Source: Mobula hypostoma (Eukaryota). From it: a DNA stretch of 64,000 bases. Below the pieces are notes generated by a model, which was not told where the DNA came from, did no database searches, and saw only the letters and a list, made by a program, of their open reading frames with translations. Location: positions 213,034,001 through 213,098,000 of the forward strand of contig NC_086097.1 of assembly GCF_963921235.1 (NCBI RefSeq), read 5' to 3'. The first letter of the stretch is position 1. Every line of letters starts with the position of its first letter. The position numbers were made by a program, and so were the translations under genes. Positions 50,966-64,000 of the stretch are shown piece after piece.

Positions 50966-53236
50966 ATTAATAATAATAATAATAATAATAGTAAATACTT
51001 TATTGATCCCAAGTAGGAAATTATTTTGATACAGCAGCAACATTTATAAACATATTTAGCAATTATAATAAATAATAATATTACCTAATAATAAAGTACA
51101 GAATAATAATATACAGAATAATAATTTACCGATGTGCAATGATGTGCAATACTGTGCAACTTGTACCTTTGTAAAACTAGTCAGCTCCATCTTGGGTACT
51201 AGCCTACAAAGTACCCAGGACATCTTCAGGGAGTGGTGTCTCAGAAAGGCAGCATCCATTATTAAGGACCTCCAGCACCCAAGGCATGCCCTTTTCTCAC
51301 TGTTACCATCAGGTAGGAGATACAGAAGCCTGAAGGCACACACTCAGTGATTCAGGGACAGCTTCTTCCCCTCTGCCATCCGATTCCTAAATGGACATTG
51401 AACCCTTGGTCACTACCTCACTTTTTAAAAATATATTATTTCTGTTTTTTGGCACGATTTTTAATCTATTCAATATACATATACTGCTATCTATCTATTT
51501 ATTTATTTATTTATTTATTATTTATTTTGGCTTTTTTCTTCTATATTATATATTGCATTGAACTGCTGCTGCTAGGACAACAAATTTCATGACACATGCC
51601 AGTGATAATAAACCTGATTCTGATTCTGAAAAATGTACAAAATAATACAACAGGGGCTATCATACTATGATGTGTGTTCTCCTGTCGCACAGAGATGAAC
51701 TTTGTATTTGCTTATTGTATTTGGTAAGAAAGAATTTCTGTATCAATCCTTGTGACAGCGGAGCTGAATGAATGTGTTTGAAAGGGTGCTCCGCTGCTTA
51801 TTCAGTAGGTCATGGAAAGGATGTGCCAGATTGTCCATAATGGATAACAGTTTGTTTTGTGACCTCTTCACCACCAACTCAAAAGATTCTGGATTGTAGC
51901 CAAGGATGGATCCAGCCTTTTTGATGAGCTTATTTAGTCTTTTTGCATCACCAACACTGATGCTGCCCTGAACATAAAGCTGCAAAGAAGACTGCACTCT
52001 CTACAACTGACTGGTAAAAGATCTCCAACATCCTGCTGCACACATTGAAGGATCTCAGCTTCCTTAGAAAATAGAGTCTACTCATCCCCTTCTTGTAAAC
52101 AGCCTTGCTGTTGGTTTTCTAGTCAAGTCTGTTGTTGAGGCGAACACCTAAATATTTGTACTCCTCCACCACTGCAGCAACTTCTCCCAGAATGTATACA
52201 GGTCTCATCACAGTCCTCTTCCTCCTGAAATCAATCACCATCTCCCTGGTTTCGGCTACATTCAGGAGCAGGTGATTCCTCCTGCACCACTCCACAAAGT
52301 TGTCCACCAGTCCTCTGCACTCCGACTCCTGCCCATCCCTGATACATCCAACCACCGCAGTATCATTGGAGAAGTTCTGCAAGTGGCAAGATTCATATTT
52401 GTACTGAAAGTCTGAGGTGTAGAGTGTGAACAGAAACAGGGACAGGACAATCCCTTGTGGGGCTCCAGTGTAGTCACCACCATCTCAGACAGAGAACTAC
52501 CTAGCTGTACAAACTGGGGTCTATCTGTTAGGTCGTCAGTAATCCAGGAGATAGTGGATTTGTCTACACTCATCCTTTGCAGCTTCTCACTCAGAAGAAG
52601 TGGCTGGATTATATCGAAGGCGCTAGAGAAATTAAAAAATGTGGTTCTCACAATGTCACCAGCATCACCCAGGTGGGAGAGAGCTCTCTGCAACAGGTAG
52701 ATGATGGAATCATCCACTTCCACATGAGCTTGGTAGGCAAATTGAGGAAGATTCAATGAAGATCTCACCTGAGATCCAAGGTAAGTCAGGATCAGCCTCT
52801 CCAGTACCTTCATCACATTAGATGAGAGGGCAATTGCTCTGTAGTCTTTAAGTTCAGATGGACTGACCTTCTTGGGTATAGGAACCAAGTGGCATCTTAC
52901 ATTATCAATGTCCAACAGGGTCTTGCGATCGCAAGAGAAACGTCCAAGACAATCACTCATGGTTTCACTGCACGCCACTTTCATGCACCAACTCCGATGC
53001 CTTTGAGTAGCTGGCAGTAACATAGTCTGCACTCAGGCCCACTCCTCCAAAATCAGTCCGGCCCCGGTCCCAACACGCCGGCCAGCTCCTCCGATCAATT
53101 AGTAGCTCACTGATGGGGTACACCAATGGCACCTACATTTCTTGGAGCCCAGCACTGTCTTGCGATCTTAAAAAATACATTTAACAAGGAAAAAGCAACT
53201 TTGTTTGCTCGCCCAGGAGGCCAATGCACTTGAATG
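50966..53236 (-). mobile_element. Rex1-type LINE with internal deletion; plus-strand Rex/Babar fragment nested at ~51170-51629
   Basis: DYRAIALSS, FSSAFD, FSNDTAVVG; (TTA)n tail at ~50966-50990; probable 5' end CTTCCGGTATGATGGCGG. Confidence 0.8.
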
Positions 53237-53289
53237 CACCGCCATCATACCGGAAGAACTGTAGATTGTATTTAACTGCTGATGTTACA

Positions 53290-53525
53290 TACAGTATACA
53301 ACTGATACATCTGACTTTAGCTTCTCCTTCTCAAATTTCAGGGTGAATTCGATCATATGATGACTTTCCCTTCAGGGTTCTTTTTTCTTAAGGTCTCTAA
53401 GCAATTCTGGTGCATTGCACCACACCCAATCCAGAATAGCTGATTCCCTAGTTGGCTCAACCATGAGCTGCTCGAAAAAGCCATCTCTTAGGCACTCTAG
53501 AAACTTCCCCTCCTGGAATCAAGGA
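53290..53525 (-). mobile_element. CR1 APE-region fragment
   Basis: Reverse-complement similarity to ~49480-49660. Confidence 0.6.
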
Positions 53526-55104
53526 GTACTAGTCTTGAGGTGTCCCAATTAACTGGAATCCATTGTATTTCCATAAGAACCATACATGTTTGCTTCAGTC
53601 AGATGAAGGATTGTTACATTGACGTTAATCCATAACACTATGAACTATTTGACTTGGGATAGTGACCCTGCAGCCAGAGCAGATTTATAACTGCATGATC
53701 GGATACTTTCCTCTCTCTAGCACTAACATACTGCTGTCAATAAAACTTTTCTTTCACCAAGCAGCTAAAAATGTTTCAAAAATGTGTCCAAATATTAATG
53801 GTGGAAGCCACTTTGCCAGGCTAAATTAGAGGTATAGAAGAAATGAATTAGTTCATGATTTAGTAACCCAGAGACCTGCACTAACACTCCAAAGACTTTT
53901 ATTCAAATCCTGCATATACCACACAGCAGGCAGAATGTAAATTCAGTTAATTCAATAGATCTACGTAAAAAAACCTAGTATTAAATGACCATGATCCTAC
54001 TGCACAGTCTTCTATTTCACCTGCTCTGCTAATGCCCTAATTCTACCATCCTTATTCCAGACATTTAAGTGCTCTGCAAAACAGCCTTGCAAGATCCTCA
54101 GTTGTAGGAAAGTTATTTTGTCAAAAATAGTAGTAGTAATAATAATAATACACTAGATGAACAATCCTTCTTCAAACTTGCACCAAATTATAAAGAGTCA
54201 ATGGCATTCCTAGCCTAGTCAATTTCACAAAGCCCTCCTCCTGAACATCTATTTAAAAGTCTGAGAGCTGTCCCATGGGCTATTCATGTTTGAGTGTTAT
54301 AATCAGACATTCCAGCCAACATCAAACATCCCCTGGATATATTCTGTCAGAGTATACGGCAAGGGTGGCATTTGTGATCCAGCCCAGAATGCAAAAGACA
54401 AGTGGAGTATCTGCAGCCTTTGCAATGCTGAAGTGCAGGAGCACCAAGGCCAGAATCCATCTCAGACTCCTGCTGTGTACTCCACCATCACAAATGTCAA
54501 GCTTCAATGAACTTTCTTCACTCTATGGGAGATCAGGAAGGATCTGTGTGCACCACTGACAAGACAAATTCAATCTGAATAATCATCGCCCAGTAATTCA
54601 ACTCAAAATCACAGGCCAACTAGCTTCAGGTGCTTTGTCATAAGGTCACAAAATTGGGTATTGACCGATGATTGCACAGTGCTCAATTCTACTTGCTGTT
54701 TCTCACAAGCTGAAGCAGCCCGTACCTTCATGCAGCACAATCTAAACAACAATCAGGCCTTATCTGTTCAGTGGCATCACATTTGCTTCACACAGGTGAC
54801 ATACAATGGCCATCTGCATCAAAAGAGAATATAACCATCTATTCATGATAATTCTCAGAGAAAAGAGGCCATTTTAGACCATTAGCTCATCCACCACTCT
54901 GAATATGCTGTTCATCATCTTTAAAATACACTGCAGTGCTTAATTACTGTCCTTTGATGTCACTTTCCATACCCACATCTTCTAAGCTGGAAAGGATAGC
55001 AATAATATTGCAAGATATTACAAGAACACTATCACGTATGGATTCTCCAAGCTTCATACCATCCTGACTTGGGAAGATATTGCCAGTCTATCCTCAGTGG
55101 AGCT

Positions 55105-58100
55105 TGTTATAGTTGAATCTCCAGAAACTAAACGAAAGAAAAACACAGGAGTTGAGATAGCCTTTGTTTATTTCAACTTTCTTTAGTAAGGTGCTCACAT
55201 AGGACTAGGACAAGACATAATGATATATGCCATTCACGTACATCTTTCATATAACCCATAATGAATAATGTAACAAACAAAGAATGCTAATGAAACAATA
55301 AATTTACAAGATTATTCAAATATTAGTGAAATATTAAAAACACAACACTTCTCTATGCTTAGCTATAAGCTCCAATTCAATATAGAATGCATCTCAACTC
55401 AAATATGCAACATATTGTCATCTAGTCATCTTTATCTTGGTTCTGACAACTCAGGGCTGCTTTCTTCTGGCTGTGTTGGCATTCTAAACAGTGCATGGTG
55501 AGCCGTTCGATCTGCTGATCTATCCCAGGCCACCAGACAAACCTTCGAGCCTCTGCTTTTCTTTTGACCACACCTAAGTAACTGGGATGTGGTTCCTCCA
55601 TCCGTTTACCTCTCAGCTTGGATGATACAACAACACTCAATTTCTTGATAACGTATCTCCTGTCAAAGGCAAGTTCAACCTGGCACAGGTAAAAATAGGG
55701 GAAATGGAATTTCTGTGGCACATTCCAGCCATTTTGGGTGGCCACGTAGACCTGAGACAGTGTGGGGTCCTTTTTGGTTTCTCTTTGGATCACCTCTGTG
55801 TAATAGGGAGATTTGCATTAGGGAGATTACTTCGAGGAGAGTCCTCTTTTGTAAATTTTTTAGGTATTTCATTTTCCAAGGGTAAACAAGACAATCAGTC
55901 AGCATTTCCACAGTTAGATGTCCTCTTGAATTCGATCTTGTTATTGTATCCTCTAAGAAACAGAGCCAATCTCTGCATTCGTGCTGCTGCTGGTAGTGGA
56001 ACACCCTTCTGTGGATTGAAAATCGACACCAGTGGTTGATGATCTGTAACGAGGGTAAACTCTCTTCCACATATGTACTGATTGAAAAGTTTTACACACC
56101 AAACCAGACTCAAGGCCTCTTTGTTAATCTGTACATAATTTTTCTCTGCAGCAGAAAGAGAAGGTGATGCAAAAGCTCTGGACCATTCACTTCCATCACT
56201 CATAACATGTGACATGTGACATCACTGCACCTACACCATAAGGTGAAGCATCACAGGCAAGCTTCACTGGAAAACGTGGATCATAATGTGTGGGTGTAGT
56301 GTCTGACATCGCCACTTTCTTTGCCTTTTGGAAAGCCACCCCACACTGCTTTGTCCAATACCATTTCTTCCGGATCTGCAGTACTAAGTGGTGAAGCATA
56401 GTAGCCAGGCTTGGCAGAAACGTGTTATAGTAATTGACAAATCCTAAAAAGAACCACAACTGTGACACATCCTTTTCCCTTGAATCCACCATTGCTTGAA
56501 TTTCCTCAGCACACTTGTGTAATTCTTATACGTCAATAGTGTAACCACAGTAAGTGATGCTAGGTTTAAAGAATTTATACTTGTGACATGCTCTGACCCT
56601 ATAATCTTCTAATGTTTAACACTCTCTTCAGATTTTGGAGGTGTTCAAGTTCAAAGTTCAAATATATTTATTATTAAAGTATGTATAAGTTACACAACCA
56701 TGAGATTTGTCAGCATACAGGCAGCAAAGCAAGAAACCCGAAAAAACCCAATTAAAGAAAAATAAAGACCAACACCTGATGTGCAGAGAAAGAGAAGAAG
56801 CGAGCAACAACATTCCAAACCGAATTGAGTCCTTAGATCCGAATCCCTAGAGCAGCCACAGCAGGCCCAAAGCCTCAGTCTCAGTTCATCATATTAGCAG
56901 GGCAAATTGCTGTGAAGTTGCAGACACAAGGCACAGCAGCTGGGGCACTTTCACAGACAGTGCAAAATCAGACCGACTCTCGCCTCCAGTCCTGTCACTC
57001 TATCTGGATTGGTATTTAAATTGTCCAAACAGTGGATTATGACCCACATTAGGACAATGCCCCTCCACAGCAATATGCTCTGGACCTAGAACTTGCTGCC
57101 CAGCCAGAAGCCACTCCTGACCTCTGCAAATCAGCTTAGTGCTTAGAGCGATCCAATCTCACATCCAGGTTAGTTGGACAGGCATCGAAACTCCTCCGCC
57201 TCAACTCCTCTCCTAATCACTCACTCCATCTGCGACCCCGTCTCAAACACATTCAGCTTTGCAACGCACCAGCTTCTCCAAAAGTAAGCCTATTATAGAG
57301 ATAAAGTCCTTTGTGAGTGTTTATGTAGAGAAGCACTTTGGACTTTTCTTCCATCTCCAGTTGTAGATAGGCCTCAGTTAAGTCCACTTTGCTGAGGTGT
57401 TTCCCTCCAGAAAGGTTTGCAAGTATATCCTTTATCCTGGGCAGTGGGTATTGATCTACTTTGACTACTGGGTTGATGGTGTCCTTAAAATCCCCATAGA
57501 TTCTGACAGACCCACCCTTCTTGACTACTAGGACAACTGGCATGGGCTCTGGTTGATCGAGCTCACTGGTTACTTTATCATGGATGGTATAAGGAACCAG
57601 ACAGACTTTGTAATACTTGGGTGTTTTACACTATTTTACCATTCATATGTTTGAATTTTCCTGCCATTTTTGAATACTGCTGTCATATCATCCAGTACCT
57701 TTCTTAATTCATGTTCAGTTGACTCTAGTGCAGAGGATGTGACATGCAAGTGGTGGATGGATCTCTAATCATGTTATAGTTGTCTCAGCTAATCAAGTCC
57801 CCACAATGCTGGCCCTATCTGTTTTTACCATATACAAGCCGAATGTGACTAGTTGGTTGGTGTATTTCACTGTTAAAAATGTCATTCCCACTGAAGTTAT
57901 CTTTTCTCCAGTATAAGGTCTCAGTCAGATAGCTGTAAGCTTCATTTTAGTATCTTTGAAATGAAGTTCAAACTCATTTTGTTTAATGACTGAAACAGCT
58001 GAACCAGTGTCAAGTTCCATTTCAATTAATATTCCATTCACTTCTGGTGTAAGCCATAATGCTTGTCTATTGTTAGTTTTCACACTGTAAATCTGAAGGA

Positions 58101-58546
58101 TACACAGTTCTCTGACACTCTCATCATTATCAGAAATTTTAGTAATAGCATGCAGATTAGTCACTGTTTATGAACCCATGAATTTTGTCTGTTTTCTGCC
58201 TTTTTATTAATGTGAACTTTTCTCTCCCTTTCCAAAGAAAAAAAATATGCTGTGCTTCCACGGGTAGGTAGTCAACTCAGGTTCGTTTTCAAACTTACTT
58301 GTCGCCACTGTGATGTCTTGTAACTCCAGAAACTCATTGAAAGAAAAACACAGGAGATAGGACATATTTTGTCTACTTTGTTTTTCTTTAGTGAGGCACT
58401 CACATATGATGTGGTGGCATAATGACGTATGCCATTCACATACTTTTATATATAACCCATAATGAATTATGTAAACAAAGAATGTTTAATCAAGCAAAAA
58501 ATGTACAATATTACTCAAATGTTACTGAAATATTAAGTACACTATA
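55105..58546 (-). mobile_element. Old Mag-type Gypsy provirus, internally deleted
   Basis: LTRs 58309-58546 and 55105-55347; PBS TGGCGACAAG at 58298-58307; protease MELDTGS, RT YPLPRI, RNase H CDASPYG/TDHQPL, integrase VWWPGID. Confidence 0.9.
56645..57250 (-). mobile_element. Unclassified non-LTR insertion inside the Gypsy RT
   Basis: Interrupts the RT region; (TTGAAC)-like tail with AATAA at ~56645-56680. Confidence 0.45.
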
Positions 58547-61105
58547 GATATAACCCTGGAAACTCTACTCAAAACATTGTCGAAGTATCTTAACCAGAAG
58601 TTCTGTAGTGAAGCTGGCTTATCAGTGGTTTCTTAAAGATGGTCATTAAACATTGGCCTTGCCAGTGACATCCTGATCTCAAAAATCAAATACATTTTTT
58701 AAAAAAGAGAAAATCTGTCCATTTGTTTTATCATTGTACTACAAGTGAGAAAAGATTTAGAAGAAGTTACTCTTTTAATTTCTTTACTTCAGGTTAATGC
58801 TCTGAATTATTTATGAGTGTTTTAAACATTTTAATTAACTATATTCATTTATAACTTTTCAATGTTTAACATTTTTATTATACACTTCAATTTTTAACAA
58901 TTTAAATGTCTCTGAATATTAGATATTTCCAGAAGTATTAAAATCTATGACAAGTTTCATATGTGTCAAAGTTCCAGCTACTAAAGGCTGGAGAAGGTGT
59001 ATGAGCACCATTGTGGCATCCAGCCAGTCAGGTGGACTACAGGGAGTGGAAGCACAACCTGATGGCATCTCTATATTTAACCAGGTAACTGTAGGTTGGG
59101 TAGATAGAAAGGTGAGGGCACTAGACATGATCCAGACCATGACATTGATAAAGACACTCTTTCGTCTACACCAACGTCTCATGACATCTTCCATTCAAAA
59201 AAAATGGAAATGCAACACTTGCCCTTTTACCCCTTTCCTTCCCAAGACCAATACTTCCAGTATTCTTTGTAATTTCTGTCTTTCAGTATCGTATTTTTTC
59301 TCTCTGTTTCATCTGTCCTCATTGATCTCTTTACATTTTTACTTACTCCAAGCAGAACAGCTGCCACTAGCTTTCAACCAGCATCTCTCAGCCATCATCA
59401 CTACTTGCATTGTTCAGTCATTTTTTATCTCCACCCTTCTCTTTTTGTCATGATCCGCCTCCCTTTCTTTTGTAATTTCAACACACTTTTTTTTTAACGT
59501 CTTGTAGCTCTGGTAGAAAGCCATCAATCTGATATTTCATTTCTCTTTTCACAGGTGTTGCTGAATATTCCCCACATTTTCTATTTTTATTTCAGCTTTC
59601 CAGCATCTGCATTCTTTTGCTTTCACAACGCTAGATACTTTACAGATCAGGTAGCATCTGCTATAAGAAAACTGAGTTTCAGGCCTTTTAAAGGTTAGTG
59701 ACCTGAAATGTTAACTCTTATTCTCCTTCCAAATTTGTTAATTTGTAAATTGTTTTAATTGCACTTAAAACATCCTCAAGAAAGCATGAGAAATCAATGA
59801 GTAAATTGGGTGCATTATGAATAAAAAATCCTCCTTCAAAATTAAAATGCATTATATTGAGACAATAAAAGAGCATAAAACCATAAGACCTAGGAACAGA
59901 ATTAGCCCGTTTAGCCCATTGAGGCTGCTCCACGATTTAATCATTTTCACTACCATCTCCATTCTGCTGCCTTCTCCTCACAACCTTTGACACTCTTACC
60001 AATCAAGAACCTATCAACCTATGCTTAAAATATGCTCAATAACTTGACCTCCAAAGCTATCTGTGGCTATGAATTCCACAGATTCACCACCTTCTGGCTG
60101 AAGTAGTAAGGGTGTCAAAGGTTACAGAGAATGGAGTTGAGACAGATAATAAATCGGCCATAATGGAATGGCAGAGTGGACTCAATGGGTAGAATAGCCT
60201 AATTATGCTCCTATGTCTTATAGTCTTAAAGAAATTCTTTCTCATCTCTGTTCTGCAGGGAGACCCTTTGATTCTGAGGCAGTGTCCTCTGATTCTAGAC
60301 TCTCCCACTTTTGAAAATATCTACTCTACGTCCATTTTATCCAGGCCTTTCATTATTGAGTAGGTTTCAATGGCATCTCCGGTGAGTACAGGCCCAGAGC
60401 CATCAAACATTCTACACAAGTTAACACTTTCATTCCCAGGATCATTCTCATAAGTCTCCTCTGAACCTTCCCCAATGCCAGCATCCTTTCCTAGATATGG
60501 GGCTGAAAACTTCTCTCAATACTCCAAATGCAAACTGACCAATGACCTATAAAGACTCAGTATGACATACTTGTTTTTGTATACTTGCGCTCTTGAAATG
60601 AATGCATTGTCTTTCTTGTGGGTTTGCCTTTGGGGAATACGGCATTAGGACTCCCAAGTCCATCTGCAAATCTGATTTCTGAATTTATTTCCTGTTCAGA
60701 AAATGGTCTTTGATTTTATTTCTTCTACCAACATGTATGATGATGAAGTTCAAGTTCAAGATTATTGTCATCTGACTGTACATATATACTGTAAAACCAA
60801 ATGAAAAAATATTCCTCCAGACCATGGTGCACCCACAAAACATCTATCACACACAGCACATAAAACAAAAAAACTACCACAAATAAGCTAATAAAATATA
60901 ATTCATACGTTTCTCTACACTGTATTCCATCAGCAACTTCTTTGCACATTCTAATCTGTCCAAGTCGTTCTGCGGACTCCTTGCTTTCTCAACACTACTT
61001 GCCCCTACAGTTATTTTTGTATCAGCCATAAAGCCATTAATTTTTCATCCATTTTCATACCATATAATGTGAAATGTAGCAAACCCAAGACTGACCCCTG
61101 TAGAA

Positions 61106-62262
61106 CAGCGGTCCCCAACCATCGGGCCGTGGACCGCTACCGGGCCGTGAGGAAACGATATGAGTCAGCTGCACCTTTCCTCATTCCCTGTCACGCGCAC
61201 TGTTGAACTTGGACGCACGCGGCATCCGTGTCAGCGCGGGAAGAAGATCAACTCCTCGAGCTTGCAAATGACGGCGGGCTGAAAAGTATGTTTGACATAA
61301 CATCTCTGCCGGCATTCTGGATCAAAGTCAAGGCTAAATATCCTGAGATAGCCACGAAAGCACTGAAAACGTTGCTTCCATTTCCAACATTTTTCACAAA
61401 GCGGAGTTTTCTGCAATGAATGCAACGAAAACTAATTTGTGGAATAGACTGGACATAAGGAACCCCGTTCGAGTATCACTGTCTCCCATCACCCCTCGAT
61501 GGCACCGTCTTGTTGCAGGGAAACAAGCCCAGGGCTCCTACTGATTCAGCAATATTGGTGTGTTGCAATGATTTTATATGTTCATACGGGGAAAATATGT
61601 GCTGTGTGTTTGATATCCAAACGTTACTTAAAATGTTATGATGCTATTGACTTATATAACCATATAACAATTACAGCACGGAAACAGGCCATCTCGGCCC
61701 TTCTAGTCCGTGCTGAACGCTTACTCTCACCTAGTCCCACCGACCTGCACTCAGCCCACAACCCGCCATTCCTTTCCTGTCCATATACCTATCCAATTTT
61801 TCTTTAATAATAATATCGAACCTGCCTCTACCACTTCTACTGGAAGTTCGTTCAACACTTACTTCAAGCTCCCCTGTCCTCCCCTGATAATTGACTTATC
61901 ACTGTATTCATGCAAGGAAAATATGCGCTGTGTGTTTAGTATTAAATTCGTTAGATAAACCCTTTTGAACACCCGAAATTGAGTGTATTAGCCACTTACC
62001 ACCTATATTCCGGTTGTGATTTACACTGACCCCCCCACCCCTGGACAGAGTCGCCAAAAATGATTTATAGGGGGAAAAATCGGCACGTACACGAATGTGC
62101 ACTGGTGCCCGTGCAAGGCTTTATGGTCATTGTAGTCTTTCTCGGGGTAAACCCAACATATTTGACTGCTACTCCACCCCCCCCCCCCACCGAACGGCCG
62201 GTCAGCAAGAATATTGTGAATATTAAACTGGTCCGCAGTGCAAAAATGGTTGGGGACCCCTG
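61106..62262 (+). mobile_element. Non-autonomous hAT (Charlie-like) DNA transposon
   Basis: TIRs CAGCGGTCCCCAACC / GGTTGGGGACCCCTG; 8-bp TSD CTGTAGAA / CTGTGGAA; dimerisation-domain remnant FWIKVKAKYPEIATKALKTLLPFPT. Confidence 0.92.
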
Positions 62263-62596
62263 CTGTGGAACATCACTAGACACCAGCAGCCTACCAGAAA
62301 AGACTCTCTTTACTACCACACATTGCCTATTGCCAAACAATCGACTTTCCATCTGTGCTATAACATTTCCTGTCATAACATGGGCTCTTATCTCGTGTAG
62401 TAGCCTCATATGTGGCACCTTGTTAAGGCCTTCTGAGAATCCAATAACATTCACTGACTCATCAAGTCTAATAACCTCAAAGATGTAAGGCTAACTGGCC
62501 TTTAATTTCCTATCTTTTTTCCACTTTACTCTTAAACACTTGAATCACATTTGCAATTTTCCAGTCCTCCAGAACCATTCCAGAATCTAGTGATTC

Positions 62597-62833
62597 CCAC
62601 CACTGTCTGTAAGGAGTTTATACGTTCTCCCCGTGCCCGCATGTGTTTCCTCCAGATCCTCCGGTTTCCTCACACAGCCCAAAGATGTGCTGGTTGGTCA
62701 TTTAATTGGTCATTGTAAATTGTCCCATGATTAGGGTAGGTTTAAATTGAGAATTGCTGGGCCGTGAGGCTCAAAGGGCCAGAAGGGCCTGCTCCTACCT
62801 GTTTCTTACAATATAAAGATATAAAAAACAAAT
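62597..62833 (+). mobile_element. V-SINE-type element, 5'-truncated
   Basis: GGAGTTTATACGTTCTCCCCGTG...CCGGTTTCCTC...AAAGATGTG resembles the V-SINE central domain; CR1-like 3' end and A-rich tail. Confidence 0.7.
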
Positions 62834-63009
62834 TGAATCTTGAAAGATCACTAGTAATGTCTCCACAATTTCTTTGGCTATCTCTTTCTGAACCCTGGGG
62901 TGTAGTCCATCCAGTCCAACAGTCCAATGACTGATCTACAGTCAGACCTTTCAACTTCTCAAGCAACATCTCCTAAGTAATAGCTTTTATTGACTAACCA
63001 ACTTCATAT

Positions 63010-64000
63010 GACTGGAGTTTCTGGAAGCAATTCGGAAGATGCAGGATAGATACATCCCAAAGATGAAGAAAAGTTCTAAAGGGAAGATGTTGGAACTGTG
63101 GCTGATATGAGGAGACTAAGACGGCATAAAAGCAAAAGAGAGGGCGTATAATGTAGCAAAAATTAGTGGAAGTTACAGGATTGGGAAGCCTTTAAAAACA
63201 AACAGAAAGCAACTAAAAAACACTAAGGATGAAGTAAGATGAAGTACGAAAGTAAGCTAGCCAATAATATAAAAGATACAAGAAGTTTTTTTCAGATATA
63301 CAGAAGAGTAAAGGTGAGAGTGGATCGCTGGAAAATGACACTGGACAGATAGAAATGTGGGACAAAGAAGTAGTGGACAATCTTAAGTATTTTGCATCAG
63401 TCTTTACTGTGGAAGACACAAACAGTATGCCAGAAATTTGAGAGTGTTTGGGAGCAGAAGTGAGTGTAATTGCTATTGCAATGGAGAAGATGTTTTGGAA
63501 GCTGAAAGATCTAAAGGAAAATAAATTGCCTGGACCAGATGAACTATGCCCCAGGGTTCTGAAAGACACAGCTGAGAAGATTGTTGAGACAATAGTAATG
63601 ATCTTTTAAGAATTACTAAATGTGGAATGGTTCCAGAGGACTGGGAAATTGCAAATGTCATTGCAGAATGGATGGAGGAGAAGGAAAAGAAATTATAGGC
63701 CAGTCAATCGGAGCTCAGTGGCTCTGAAGATGTTGGAGTTGATTATTAAGGATGAGTTGTCAGGATGTTTGGAGGCACATGATAATATTGACCATAGTCA
63801 ACATGGTTTCCTCAAGGAAAAAATTTTGCCTGATAGATCTGTTGGAATTCTTTGAAGAAATAATAAGCAGGATAGACAAAGTAGAATAAAGGAAGTCTTT
63901 TCTAGTTGGCTGCCAGTGATTAGTGGTGTTCTAAAGGGGTCTGTGTTGGGACTGATTCTTTGTAGAGTATATATCAATGATTTGGATGATGGAATTGATG
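63010..64000 (+). mobile_element. Degenerate CR1 ORF2 running off the window
   Basis: YFASVFTVED, NYRPV, SQHGFLK. Confidence 0.85.

Larger units (their letters stand above)
53858..58700 (+). mobile_element. Very old LINE remnant with SINE-like 5' portion, split by a Gypsy insertion
   Basis: Recalled similarity only: B-box-like TTCAAATCC near 53902, degraded LINE-like sequence at 54200-55100, 3' end resuming at ~58547-58700. Confidence 0.4.
59870..62985 (-). mobile_element. Fragmented CR1 hosting hAT, SINE and other insertions
   Basis: MGESRIRGH..RTEMRKNFF, KVPHMRLL, VPQ cut by the hAT. Confidence 0.8.

Noticed and set aside
58919..59453. 168-aa and 91-aa ORFs in non-annotated DNA
   Set aside because: No recognisable domain or clear splice structure; the 3' half runs into pyrimidine-rich repeat relics.

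Overview
Eukaryotic, repeat-saturated intronic or intergenic DNA, probably from a cartilaginous fish (inferred from the mix of CR1, Rex1/Babar, Penelope-like and V-SINE repeats). No confident intact host gene; most ORFs are transposon fragments or their antisense shadows. Contents: many nested CR1 and Rex1-type LINE fragments, Penelope-like elements (PLEs) with minimal hammerhead ribozyme motifs, an IR/DR Tc1, a hAT, a V-SINE, a 28-bp minisatellite, two old Mag-type Gypsy proviruses and one young, nearly intact Gypsy. Main points: (1) the young Gypsy (16643-21129) has no tRNA-type primer-binding site; its PBS position is a perfect 16-nt reverse complement of its own LTR poly(A)-signal region, suggesting self-priming or poly(A) occlusion, and its RT reads YLDN instead of YxDD. 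(2) The older Gypsy hosting it (15192-22265) has most of pol replaced by an intronless RBM25 mRNA copy and is flanked by a ~270-bp direct repeat. (3) An intact minimal hammerhead core lies at 14431-14468 in a PLE insertion with a 13-bp TSD. (4) A 4.77-kb duplication around a 200-N gap is most likely an assembly artefact. All family and gene calls are by eye from motifs and recalled sequences; no database searches were run, and boundaries of degenerate elements are approximate.
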